Assembly (NCBI RefSeq): GCF_001447785.1
Contig: NW_015165830.1
Coordinates: 2,535,303-2,599,302 of the forward strand
Origin: Gekko japonicus
Lineage: Eukaryota
DNA: 64,000 nucleotides
Direction: 5' to 3'
The notes below the pieces were generated by a model, which was not told where the DNA came from, searched no databases, and saw only the letters and a list, made by a program, of their open reading frames with translations. The position numbers and the translations under genes are program-made. The first letter of the stretch is position 1. Every line of letters begins with the position of its first letter. Shown in pieces: positions 22,801-35,346 of this stretch.

Positions 22801-25120
22801 AGGTTGGTGGTGAAGCATGTGAGCATTGCACTCGCCACCACCAGGAGCAGCTCAGCAACCTCCCGCTGCCGTGCCTTCTGACGCATAGCAGCAGGACAGG
22901 TGTCTGTGCTGGGATATGCTGTCCGGACAGAGATGCCTACTCTGAAGAGCTGGAGCGATTCCTTCAGGCCCGCTCGGAAGCGTCTCCAAGCCTTCATGGC
23001 CAAAGGTGCTCCCTATGAGCGTGCGGTGGGGGAGGGTCTGCCAAGGGCAGAGGCCGTCACGTGGTGGGGTGGCCATGGCATGGAGGTTTTGTGTGGTGAG
23101 TGCCATGGCCGCTGCAACCACCTGGCCCCAGCTGTGGGTCCTGATCCTGTTGCCCACCATCTTGCACCGACCCCACTTCCCTGACCTATGCCCCTCCACT
23201 CTGCATGTGATCTGCAGGGTGGGGATGCTGCTGCGGGCCTCTGAGAGCAGCAACAAGGGCCCAGTAGCAGCCAGAGCACCCCGGTGCCAACCCCCGCCCC
23301 CACAGAGGAGGGTGACTCCACCATTGCCATGCCCCCATATCCACAGCCAGGGCACACCCATGACATCCCCCAGGGCCTCTCGCCAAGGATCCTGCCCCCA
23401 CATGCCTAGCAAGGAGGAGATGGAGCTGAGCAACGTGGAGGTGGACCAGAACAGCCAGGCTCCCCGGCTGGGAGGTGAGGCACCTCCAGGGGGGGAGTGG
23501 GTGTACAGCCTCAGTGGTCACCTGGGAGCTCCCCTTGACTGCTGCATTTCCCCCCTGTGCCCAGGTCCTGATTGACGTTTGCAGCTGATGTGGTGGAACA
23601 ACTATGCACCCGAGCAGATGCATGGCAATGGCAGTCTCTGTGGTCTTGTGGACGCTTGGCATCCCAGAGTCCCTGGCACCTGGGGAGGAGGGCAGGGTCA
23701 GTGTCTTCGGATGACAGCTGCTGTGTCCCCGCAAACATGGGGGGGGGGGCAGCTGGGCTGTGGCAGCTGTACCTGGGCTAGATGTTGTAGATGCTGGTGG
23801 CCCAGAGGAAAGATACTGGCTGTTTACCACAAGGCCATGTCTGGCATAGCCCATCCCGCCCACCCTTTCCTCCATGTGGGCAGCCATCAAGAGGGAATGG
23901 CTGGAGAGCCATTGCAGGTGACAGGAAGCCTGTTTGAGGGGGCAGCTATGGATGGAGGGGCTGGCAGCCTCTGTGATGGTGGCTGCTGGACATCTGGAGG
24001 AGATTCTTGCCCTATCAGGGGATGCGGGTGAGGGATAGGGGTGCATCAAGAGGCTGCTGGGGGACCTGTCTGAGACTCTCCGGGGGCCCAGCACCCACTG
24101 CCCCTCCTCCTGCAGTGCTTCCGGGTGTGTGTGTGTGTTGAATGTGGGTTAGCATGGGAATACCCTCAGCATCGTGGACGCCTGTCCGGGTGCTGTGACC
24201 ATAGGTGAGTGGAGGGTACCCACAAATCCACATTCTTGTCCCTCGTCACCTTAACCAAGAGGGTTTCCATATAAATGTGTGCATTGCCTCATAGTCCTGT
24301 GCCATTAGTAATGGGGAGCTCTCCGTGTTCAGGGATTGCTAGCACCTGGCCTAGCGGGTACTGGGCTAGCATATCTATAGGCCTGGTAAATTCTCTGGCT
24401 CCCACCTATTTGAGTGGCAACTATAGGATGACTCAAAGGCAAAAGAGAATGAAAAAATCGTTGGTTTCTCCTAATGGCATTTATGGTTCTGTGGCATAAT
24501 ACCTGTGAGAAGTTAGCTGGTAAATATTACACATGCTTCTTCATCTTAGGCCAGACACTGTCTATCAGCCTAGCCTACATTACAGGGTTGTTGTGAGGGT
24601 AAAATGGAAGAGGGGAGTACCATGGGGGAAAGGCAGGATAAAAATGAACTAGATAGATGGATGACTGTACACAAAGTCCACTGCACTGGGATCCTACAAT
24701 TAATATTGGAGTTGCACAACAATCATCACATAGTTCACACATCACCACCTTCTGTAGACAGAGCCATGAATATTAGTGCAGGGTCTTGGGAGGCATTATG
24801 CTATACACTACCACCACCACCAACAGCGTGGGTAAAAACTGGGTAAGAGGATGGCCCTTGAAGATCTGCCATGATACCGCGCTGGGTGGGTACCACTGGA
24901 CTGGCTGTGTACCAGCTACAGGACACTATCTACCTCCAATGAAAGATCTGGCATTTACCGTTGGAAAACCATCTGGTTCTTTATTGAGCACCTTATTTTT
25001 GTGATTCGATAATTTTATTCTGTTTTAAGCTTGTTTTATATGTGGGCATTGTTGCCCTCTTGTAAGTCGCCCTGAGCCCGCTCGCGGGGAGGGCGGGGTA
25101 AAAATACTAATATAAAAAAA

Positions 25121-25400
25121 TAGAATCATAGCATTGGAAGGGACCTCCAGGGTCATCTAGTTCAACCCCCTGCACAAGGCAGGAAATTCACAAATTCCTC
25201 CCCCTCCACATCTGCAGTGACCACTGTTCCACGACCAGAAGATGACAGAAAACCTCCAGGATCCCCGGCCAAACCGGCCTGGAGAAAAGTTGCTTCCTAA
25301 CCCCAAAGTGGCCATCAGCATTTCCCTGGGCATGTAAGAAAGGGCCACGAGAACTAAGCACTGAGGCAACCCTTCCTGCCCTCCCTCTCATGAGCTGCCT
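25121..25400 (-). mobile_element. CR1-family 3' tail fragment
   Basis: Reverse complement of 30680-30951. Confidence 0.75.
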
Positions 25401-26059
25401 ATATATATAACTCAGGGTTATAGATATATAACTCAAAGTTGCTATTCTGACATACCATACAGCTTCTAGCAAGCTTGAATACCACACACAACTTTTCTCA
25501 GTGCAATGTTAATATTGTACAACATGTATGAATGCGGTACCATATTGTTTGGGTCCTTTGGGGCATGTTTGTGTCATTCGTGCCGTTTCTATTTGCAGCC
25601 CTCAGGCAATTGCTTGCAGTAGGGATGTGCTGTACTCCCACACTGATTACTGATGCTTGCATATTGCATAACTGCGCAGCCCCCAGAGTACCTATNNNNN
25701 NNNNNNNNNNNNNNNNNNNNNNNNNNNNNNNNNNNNNNNNNNNNNNNNNNNNNNNNNNNNNNNNNNTGGAGCGATAGGCAATGCTCCAAATGAATGAGGT
25801 AAAAGATTCTGGTAAAGAGATGAGGCCATTTCCCCAAAGTTATGCAGGCTGAGGCTATACTTGTACCACAGTGTGTACATGTGTATGTGCACAAACACAC
25901 ACACACGTGAACCCTGGAATAAAAAGTCTTTTTTCAAAAAATTTCAACCTGTGAGGCAACAGTGGGGCATGAAAATCCATAGCTCAGCTGTACTCATTAA
26001 GTCATTGTACCTGAACCTTAATATGTGCCACACGGAGGAGACAGAGGGGTGCATGAAAA

Positions 26060-27087
26060 CTTGGTCACTACATCTTTGCAGCAAGAGCTTTATACAGAAG
26101 TTGTACATAAGAAAATATACAATTTGTTTTCTACTTAGGAATAGGAGGACATCTTTGCTTATTTTTGAAAACATCCTCCTAGGAGTCATTTACACTCGGT
26201 TACAGGAATAAATATATATTTATATAAACTTTCAGTATTAAAAAATGCAGTTAACATGAAATTGTGGTACTTTAAATCCATTATGATAAATCACAGTCAT
26301 CTTGCTGCTTCCTGCTGTGCATTATGGTACTAAGATGGTGGTGATTTTCCAGGGTGTCAGAGGTAATCTCTCTCTCTTCCTTGTTTTATACATGCATACT
26401 TGGTGACGTTATAGGGCAGAGGTTTTTCAACTTCCTGTTCTTGGGAAACCACATTCCACATCACTGTAGAAGGTGTTCCCTCTGCTTTTAAACCAGCTTA
26501 AGATCTGGTGCTCTGATCCTTCTTTTCCCTCCACCCCAAGTCTTTCCAAAAGTTCCCCTAATATCTGCATTACCTTGTTCTCCCATGCTAACAGTCAAAT
26601 CTTGGCAACCTTTGCCAACTGATAGATAAGATATCCTAATTTCCTGAAGGTCAAATCTGTGTACAGAATTTAAATGTTGGTGCTTAAAAACTTGAGTGCT
26701 AGAGAATTTTGAATTTCTAATGCCAACCACCAATTTGCAGGGCTGGGAATATGGATAAACTTTTTTTGTTTGCTAGTTGTTTCCATAAACCTCAGGATAA
26801 ACTGACTGGCTTGAATTAAGTCTAGGCAGGTGACTGTAGTTTACCAGCAGGATCTAGTTTAGCTTGTCTTAGCATTGTCATGCATAAGTTATAATATATA
26901 TAATATCAGGAAAAACAAATGAATGGTGGATTCCATCCTATCATCTGCATTCGGCAGGAAATGGATGTAACTGGATCTGTTTCTTGGAGGGAAGGAAGGA
27001 GATGCTTGTGGTGAAGGGCTTGGAAGAAGTCAGTAGTTTTCTGATTGGTTAAAGCCGCCAGTCACCAGGACTAGCTTTTCCTGGGTC
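26060..27087 (-). other. CHAD: CHAD predicted non-coding exon 4 (3'UTR); 3' end uncertain
   Basis: Minus-strand acceptor ccccccccttctttttcccaatcacag|GACCCAG at 27088/27087; AU-rich tract ~26200-26240; variant polyA signal TATAAA at 26089-26094 with upstream TGTA. Confidence 0.55.
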
Positions 27088-27464
27088 CTGTGATTGGGAA
27101 AAAGAAGGGGGGGGACAGACCATAAACAACAGAAAGGTCTTCCAAGCAGATGAAGTGGTGACTGAATAAGTGTCTTCATGCAACCTAGCCCCTACTAAGT
27201 ATTTGTCTGGATTCTCATGGAGTTGCTATATATTGCTGAGAGGGGGGGGGGGAAGCTTCCTTATTTAAAACAATTGGGAATTTATGTTGCCAGTCTAATA
27301 TTTCCCAAGTGACTACAACATAGCTGCTAAAAGTGATTAGAAGCAAGTGAACAAAAAGAAATTGTACCATAATTGCATAATTGTTAATGTTATGTGTGGC
27401 AAAGAGGCATTTTGGCCAGGATGTGTGGCTTTTAGTAGAAAGGGAAAACCTCTCAATTACCTGT

Positions 27465-27606
27465 TTAATGGCGACTTCCCTTCTTGGACCTCTTTGTGGG
27501 GAGCCTGCAGCTGCGGAGTGCAGCAGCGTCTCGGATCTGCTGTCCTCGAGCTGCAGAAGGTGATGCGCAAGCTGCATCAGGGCGTGAGCGAGTGGATTCC
27601 AGCCAC
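27465..27606 (-). CDS. CHAD: Chondroadherin coding exon 3 ([13 protein letters not shown]...[14 protein letters not shown])
   Basis: ttctctag|G TGG...CAT TAA ACAG|gtaatt; LRRCT cysteines and the basic C-terminal tail of CHAD. Confidence 0.95.
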
Positions 27607-27626
27607 CTAGAGAAGAACGAACAAGC

Positions 27627-27850
27627 AGCCATTGTGGTATAGTGTTTAGAATGTTGGATTAGGATCTGGGAGACCCAGGTTTGAATCTTTGCTCTGCCAG
27701 GGAAGCCTACTAGGCGACCGTGGGCCAGTTACAAACACTCTCAGCTCAACCTACCTTGCAGGGCTGTTGTGAGGATCAAACGGGGGCATGGAAAATAAAG
27801 TTGTAAACCACTTGAGGTCCCCATTGGGGAGTAAAGTGAGGTATAAATAG
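27627..27850 (+). mobile_element. MIR/Ther1-like SINE in CHAD intron 2
   Basis: tggtatagtg A box, caggtttgaatc B box, core ctctcagctcaacctaccttgcagggctgttgtgaggat. Confidence 0.7.
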
Positions 27851-28043
27851 GTTTTTTTTAAAAAAAATTATAGGCAGCCAGAGGGCACTTGTTAGGTCAG
27901 ATCTCCTGGGTAAGAGTGAATTACTACAGCCTCCTGCCCTGCACTGGCATTGGTGCCTTAACTAACCAACTTTCCCTCCTCCCCACACACTTTTCTCTGA
28001 TCAGAGGAGTCAGTGCACTCAGTGAAACATAGCCCTTCTTTAC

Positions 28044-28207
28044 CTGCGCAGAGGTGCTAGCTGACAGGAACAATGCCAGGGATTTTTAGACAGGGTGAGT
28101 GTCTCAAGACCGCTGAATGGGAAGTTACCAGGAAGATTGTGAAGTTTATTGTTCTCAATGTGAACAGTCTTCAGTGTGGTTACACCAGCAAATGCTTTAT
28201 CTGAAAA
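28044..28207 (-). CDS. CHAD: Chondroadherin coding exon 2 ([22 protein letters not shown]...[14 protein letters not shown])
   Basis: tttcag|TTT TCA...CGC AG|gtaaag; 164 nt, phase 0/2; NPWxCxC start of LRRCT. Confidence 0.96.
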
Positions 28208-28425
28208 CTGAAACAGAAGAGCAAGCAGTGATCACTAGGAACCCACTGAGTTAAGCCAATGCTTGTTTTATACGGACATCTCAATTTGTTTTCATCTTTT
28301 AAAGCCGGTGAATTTAAGGTATGGGCAACCACCACTTGTACCTCTTTACATCTGGAGAATATATGGGTATTTCTCAAATAAAGATGCATGTCCTTTAGAA
28401 CTTAGAGGAAAGGTGTGCTCTGGCC

Positions 28426-28632
28426 CAGGGCCTATTTTGGGGAGGGGGGGTCCATTTGGCCTGAGAGTCACATCCACAGAGGGCCTCAACTGTATATACA
28501 ATTATTTAGCTGCTGATAAATTTTACAACTTGTTTTTATGTGCATCGTATGTCATTTAAAAAAAAATGTTATGGCTAGGGGCCTCAAAATCTACAAGTGG
28601 CCCAAGCATTTCTGGGCCTCTGAAAGGGCCTG
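28426..28632. mobile_element. hAT MITE, 8-bp TSD ctctggcc
   Basis: cagggcc...gggcctg ends; ctctggcc at 28418-28425 and 28633-28640. Confidence 0.7.
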
Positions 28633-30432
28633 CTCTGGCCCCTCTAGTCTCTTTCTAGGCATTTCTTCACAACTAGTACAGATATTTCTAGGGTGTTCAG
28701 AGCTGAAATCTCTTCTTGTGCCCTGTTGCCACATTCACGGAACTGTTCTCAGAGAGGAGTATTTGTGGAGACTCAAGGACCTGTAGACTTTGCCAGAGCC
28801 CTGTGGCCTCTTAATGACAACTTACACTTGGCACTCAAGAACAGTCAAAACAACAAGACAGATTTCCAGCTCCCCGGGTTCTTCACCCCTTTCTCTCTTT
28901 CCCCTTGCTTGGGATGCGGCAGAATTTATACCTTATAGGCTTGATTAGAACGTAGCTGCTTTACAAAACTCTGAAACGAGAAAGAACTAGAACAGCTCTT
29001 CTTGCTGGTTTTCTTCCTCTCTTAATTCCCATTGTCATTGCTTAGGTGCTTTGGAAGGATTCTTGGAAACATAAACCTATCACCACAAACCGCCTTAGAA
29101 GCCATCGATTAGATTAAAAACTGTTGACTGTACTTTCAAAGAGCTCATTTTGTCCATCAACACTCACCATTCCCATTATAGTCATTCCTTCCTTCCTTTG
29201 GGGGGAATGAGGAATTTACATACCACATCCAACTAGAACGTTTTCCAAGTCATCACAATATTTCCACAACCTACTATATCACCTAGGCATGATTGCTGTT
29301 GGATGATTCTGGATACTAGCTACTGAGTATCCACTCCTGCCCATGTGGTGCTTTTGCAATGGAATAGCCTACTCTTTCATTTTAACTTCAGTGTTGTCAG
29401 TAACTGTGCAGTAAACAACATTGGGCTAGGCTTATATTTGAATGAATTACCACTGTGTACTGTCTAAATGGTATAGACAACTATGGATGGGAATTCTTCT
29501 GTGGACCATTGCTAAATGAAGCCCAGCAGATTCTGCTTTAGTTATTGGCAAGGCTAAATTTCACATGGGATGTGAAGGCAAGAAACAAGCCACCTGTGGT
29601 ACTCCAAATAGTCTTTAATGCTTGGAAGGGATGAGCTTCCTCCTGGAGATCCTTACATTTCACAGGCAGGTAGTTGAATTCCTAACACCTTTGTGTACTT
29701 CAGTTGTATATTCTCTCTTGGGTGTAGCGCCTCTTGATGCTGGGTTTCCTGGTGTGGTTTGTGGTCTCTTCATGCCATTTCAAAAATAAAATAGAGCATT
29801 TTATTTCATGACTCAGGACATTGTATGTACAGGACAGAAATTCTCTGTGTGTGAGTATACGGCTGTGTGCTACAAGTTGTACAGGTCACAAAGAAATCAT
29901 GTATGGGTCCTTCCTTTGTGAATGTGTAGCAAGCCAAGTGGATTTGCTAAAACAAAAGAGAACAATAGACCACCCATCAATGATTAAGCGAAGAGGAAAA
30001 TAATTAGAAAGGAATTTTGTGTGTGTGTTGCAAGTGTGGGGTGGGGTCACGTTATGCCAGTAGCTGTGCTGGTATAGGGAGAGGCTACAGCATGGGCTGC
30101 TTTTATGTGGCCCAGCACTTCTTATTTTACACCAGTGGCATGTGAGGGAACCATGCTACAGCAGCTTATATGCCACCAGCATAACATAAGAAGGAAGCTT
30201 CAATTTTATATATGGAAGTCAGTGGCTGGGATTCCAAAGCAGACTGAGTTGACTTAGTTGGGCTTGAATAGATACAAGACTAGCTATTGAAGAAGCAAGA
30301 AGAATCAAGAGGTTTTTTACTGATGGGAGTAGGATGAAGAATAGTACTCTGTCAAGAACACTAGATGGTGGAAGATGCGTCTTGGATATGGTGCTGTGGA
30401 CAGCTCCCTCATGGTCTTCACCATTATGACCA

Positions 30433-30951
30433 TGTACTTGAAGGGCTGTCTTACAGAGGATGGTATGGAGTTGTTTTCTGTTGCCCCAGAAGGTCAGACC
30501 AGAACCAGTGGGTTGAAATTAAATCAGAAGAGTTTTTGGCTAGACATTAGGAAGAACTTCCTGACAGAGCAGTTCCTCAGTGGAACAGGCTTCCTTGGGA
30601 GGTGGTGGGTTCTCCTTCTTTGGAGGTTTTCAGACAGATGCTAGATGGCCATCTGACAGCAATGCTGATTCTGTGAACTTAGGCATATCATGAGATGGAG
30701 GGCAGGAAGGGTTGCCTCAGTGCTTAGTTCTTGTGATCCTTTCTTACATACCCAGGGAAATGCTGATAGCCACTTTGGGGTCAGGAAGCAATTTTTCTCC
30801 AGGGCAGTTTGGCTGGAGATCCTGGAGGTTTTTTGTCTTCTTCTGGGCATGGAACAGTGGTCACTGGAGGTGGGAAGGAGGTATTTGTGAACTTCCTGCA
30901 TGCAGGGGGTTGGACTAGATGACCCTGGAGGTCCCTTCCAATTCTATGATT
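30433..30951 (+). mobile_element. CR1 LINE 3' end
   Basis: YLKGC..EDG.ELFS...RTSGLKL...LDIRKNFLT CR1 ORF2 C-terminus; tail ggtcccttccaattctatgatt. Confidence 0.85.
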
Positions 30952-32741
30952 CAGCTGACAAATCCAGTTTCTATTTATAAATTTGAAGAGCAGTGTTCAT
31001 ACTGTGATCCAGGATTTTTGGCTGAAGGAAGACACCATGACTTCTAGGGGTATTTTAAACATGTAATTCTTTTAACATTTTTAAAGTCTTGGCTCCAGAG
31101 CATCTGCTTAGAAGCGTATCATTCCTGCATCTTTTGTCTGTCCATGGCATATCTAGATGAAGCCTAGAGGAAATGCATGGCTACTTCAAGATTCTTCTTA
31201 TCCATCAGCCACATGACAATCTCTTTGCGGAGTTAATGCTGAGCCTTTTGAATATTACTGAGGTACTATTAAGATGGAAAATATCTCTAGCATTATTACA
31301 AGGGGTTCATATTACTTCAGTCTTGAATAAATCCACCTTTTTATTCTTTAGCTCTAGCATCAGAGTCTTCTTTGTAACCTAACAACCTATGTCAACATCT
31401 GATCTCAGTGGAATTTTTCATGAATTTTAAGGTCATTTATTTAATTTTGTTCGCCAGCACCTCAGAGGTTTCCCCATGTTGCTGCGATCTGTTTTTCTCT
31501 TTTCTTTGGCCAGTCTTCATCTCTTTGGTGAGCTACCATCTTGTTATGAGCTGCTGTGTTGATTCACCTGGGAAAGAGGGGTACCAGAGCACACTGAGAT
31601 CTGTACTCTTTGTACACCTGGAAGTCTTCCATTCTGCTGCTCCTCTTTGATGTGGCCTCCTTTCCCACCCGGAGCAGACTTCATCCAGTGTGATGTCACT
31701 GCTGTCTCCTGTTTACAAGTAACATCTCAAGCATGATGCTTTTACCTCAGGGTCATCATGACTCATTCAGTGAGAAGAAGAGAAGCTTTTTGCTGCATTT
31801 CTTGAATGTCCCTTCAACTCTCAGGATTGGAACAGAGCATCTTTGTGGAATACTGTGAGGGTTTCTCTTGAGAGATAATCAATAAACAAATCCTTCTTTA
31901 TAAAGTGTAAGGTTCAGGAGGAGAAGGGCAAACGTCCTTATGTGAGCCCAATGTACCTTTCTGCGGTATACTCACTAGTTACTGCTACTAATAATCTCTT
32001 CAGTGGAGATCACTGCACTCGCCCACTCCAAAATCTTACCAGGAACAGATAACTAGTTTGGTGCTTAGAAATGGAGCATTGCTGTGCCCTCTTGAGTTAG
32101 TGCCCGTCTTGTCTGAGTGTAAACCAGCTACTTTTCTCTCACAGTCCCCTCGTCTGGTCATCCCTGTGTCTGTCTTTCATACATACACGTATGTTTTCAT
32201 TGCATCATTTTTTTCTATGGTGGTTCAGAATTAGACATCTTAATTGTGGTTATTACTATAAACAACTATTTACTCGTTCTGGCATGTCAGTGAACAAAGG
32301 ACCTGCGAACTACATTAGATATAAGGACGAAGTGAGGGAGGGAACAGGGATTTCAAATTGATAGCAAGGAGGGCTAGAAGAAAGGCAGATAGCTGATTTA
32401 AGGATAGTGGGGGGGCAACAGTAAAGGCTTTAGGTGATAACGAGAGGGAACTTGAAGGAGAAAAGGACCCTGAGGCTTGGTAAGTAGAGGGGGTGATATT
32501 TCAGAATAAGTCATTTCAAATCTAGGGAAGTAAAATGTAAGTGATCAGAACTTATATAAATCAAATTACTTTTTCAACTTTTTAGTGGCATCTGAAATGC
32601 CATTTTACTAATGACTGATGATGTGCTTTCCCTTTGCACAGTCTTATGGAATTTGGAAGAATAAGAAAAAGGCTGCATTTTCAAAGCTATTTTATCTTCC
32701 AACAACAATAAAAAAATATTCAGCTGGGCACTCAGTAGTCT

Positions 32742-33012
32742 CTGTTTGGTGTAGTGGTTAGGACTGCAGACTCAATTCTGGGAGAACTGGGTTTGATTCC
32801 CCACTCTTCCACATGCAGCTGTTGGTGTGACCTTGGGTCAGTCATAAGTTCTTTCAGAGCTGTTCTCTCAGGAGTAGTCCTCAAAAGAGCTCTCTCAGCC
32901 CCACCTACCTCACAGGGTGTCTGTTGTGGGGAGGGGAGGGGAAAGGAGATTGTAAGCCACTCTGAGACTCCTTTGGGTAGTGAAGGGCCGGGTATAAATC
33001 CAATCTCTTCTC
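32742..33012 (+). mobile_element. Squam3-like SINE in CHAD intron 1
   Basis: Same family as 3146-3416. Confidence 0.85.
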
Positions 33013-34446
33013 TGTTGTAACTTTGGCCCTTTTCTTCTTTGTAGAGCCACTGTAGTCAATGTCTTTGTACTGTAACTGACTAGCTCACACAGTGAATGCC
33101 TTTCTGGGGTTATTTTAGGTGCTCAGCCATTTTGCAGGCTTTGTGAGGTTTGCCCTTCTTCCTTAACATCAGCAGAAAGTCAGGAGACATGAACAAGAAG
33201 AAAATGATGTTTATGTCAAGCAAAATGATGTTGCCAGGCATGTCAAGTGAGGGAGAGGAACGGAGGATTCCACTCCTTTTCTCTACCTGTGTTCCACTAT
33301 TCCTACTCCTCTGCTGACATTGAAGCCATTGTCTCAAACACAGCAAGGTTTTCCAAAACTGGCACTGTGCTTTCTTCCCCAGCTGAACAAAGCTATCAGG
33401 TTGTGAGGAGTAGATAACCAAACCAGAAGTTCTGCTGGGACTGTGCACTTTTGGGTAGCTTCCCAGTGTCAGGGGTGGTGAGTGGGGCTTGCTGTATCAC
33501 AGTATTGTTCCTATGTGCAGAATTTTAATTTTGCTTTCTAGGAATACATTTTATGGGAGAATTTAAAGGTTTGCACTTGAGGAATGCCATTGGGGTGGGG
33601 CTTAAACGTGTCCCCTGCTACTAGCTTTTTCTATTTCTGGAGTTAGGAACCAGCTGTGTCCCAGATTACAGCTTTTACCTGTGGAACTTGGTGGCAGCAA
33701 CTGAAAACCATGCCAGCCCTGTATTCTAAATACTGTAGTAAATTGCTAAATGCCTGTCGTCATAATAGTTGGGGCATGTGTGAAGACAGAGTTACGGTGT
33801 CAACATGCAGCACTTTCCCCCGTAGAAATAACTTGCAACTTAATTATTTGGAAGACAGTGAATGGGTGCATTTGGGAACTATTTTTTGGGGGGGAGGGGT
33901 AAAATCCTGTCCCTGATGAACCCAGCATTGAGAATTTGCTCCTATCTCCTTAGTCTTACCCCTAATTTCTGTATCTTGATCAGTATGATGGAATGCTGGA
34001 AGAATGGGATGGAATGTTGAAACCTGGCATATATGTGGGTTGGTCCCTGTGAGGAATGGGAGGGATGTAAACAGTTGGGAAAACTCTCCCAGTCATAAAT
34101 CTTTCAAAATACTATAAGCCCTAAAAGGCTCAAACAGGCTAGTTTCTCCTCCCTGTTTTGTTTCCCTTTATATTCTGTGCTTCCTAGAAGGCAGTGAACA
34201 TGCTCGGTTCTTATCAGGACAGGTTAGAGGCTTTGTTTCTTCTTATACTTCATTTGAATTGCCAAAATAATTCTTTGTGTTCTCAGGAAATCCCCTAAGC
34301 ATTCAGGGACTCCCGTCTTTTCTGTGGGTAGCCCTGTTTTATTGCCTCACTCGTAGACATACAATATGAAATTTTGTTATTGGAGAAAATGAACAAATGG
34401 ATACATAATTCTAGGAAGACTAAAAGGAATGCCAAGGAGCTCTTAC

Positions 34447-35232
34447 CTTTTCAAGGCTCATGTTCTCCAGGCTGAGGGTCTCCATATATCGCCCAAAAGA
34501 TTGGAAGGCGAAATCAGGGATGACCTTCATAGGGTTGTATGAGAGCTTCAGGTCCTCCACCACCCTTAGTTTACTCATTGCAGCCTGTGGGTATGTGCTT
34601 AGTTGGTTCTTATCCAGGTGGAAGATAGCTAAGTTTTCCACATCATCCAGAGCCCCAGGCTGGATGGAGGAGATGGAATTATCTGAAAGATAGAGCCAGC
34701 GAAGGTCCTTAGCACCATGGAAGGCTCCTGCTCTCAACTCTCGGAGCTTGTTGCTACCCAGCTGCAGGATGAAAAGGTTAATCAACGGTGAGAGGACCCC
34801 CTTGGGCAGGTCAGAGATCTTGTTGTGGTCTAGGTAGAGGTAGGTAAGTTCTGTCAGGTCATCAAAGGCTCCTGGCTTTATGATGCTGATGTCATTATTG
34901 GACAAATAGAGGTAAACCAGTTGCTTCAGGCCCCGGAAGGCCCCACTGGAGATCTCCTTGATGTGGGAATGTTGAAGATGGAGGGAAACAAGATTTTTCA
35001 TCTCCCTAAAGCCATTGGGTGGCAGGACAGGGAAGTTGTTCCTTTGCAGATTGAGGAGCCTTGTCTGCTCAGCCACCTTAGGGATCTTTCTCAGTCCAAC
35101 GTTATCACAGATGACATGCTGCAGGTCTCCTCCATGGCAGTGACAATTTTGGGGACATGCTTGAAGAATGGGCAGGAGACACAGCAGTAAGCCGAAGAGC
35201 TTGATTAAGAAGCCTGACCGGTCCATGTCCAT
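34447..35232 (-). CDS. CHAD: Chondroadherin coding exon 1 (signal peptide, LRRNT CPQNCHC..C, LRRs); 262 codons; alternative ATG at 35226
   Basis: [18 protein letters not shown]...[13 protein letters not shown]; donor GAA AAG|gtaaga; spliced CDS 363 aa; nesting antisense in an ACSF2 intron matches known ACSF2/CHAD synteny. Confidence 0.97.
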
Positions 35233-35336
35233 AGAACTGAAATGGATGTGTAGGGAAGAGGAGGAGCAGCAGCAAAAGGAGGAGGGAGAAAGGGACGTGA
35301 AGGAGAGAGTGAGTCTGCAGCAAGCTGAACACAGCC

Positions 35337-35346
35337 CTATTTATAA
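35337..35346 (-). promoter_or_regulatory. CHAD TATA box (TATAAATA, 35338-35345) overlapping a MEF2 consensus
   Basis: About 105 nt upstream of the ATG; Inr-like TCACTCT 31-35 nt downstream; CTATTTATAA fits YTAWWWWTAR. Confidence 0.7.

Larger units (their letters stand above)
20873..24340. mobile_element. Decayed PIF/Harbinger DNA transposon; boundaries approximate
   Basis: GC-rich block holding transposase and Myb/SANT-like remnants; weak 8-bp IR agcaatcc (20875) / ggattgct (24333). Confidence 0.65.

Noticed and set aside
22852-24094. Long GC-rich ORFs (193, 189 and 302 aa)
   Set aside because: Overlap in several frames with no recognisable domain; expected in GC-rich TE DNA
25500-25520. 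Paired SOX9-like site (gCAATG-ttaa-tATTGT) near CHAD
   Set aside because: Both half-sites are imperfect; not supportable without conservation data
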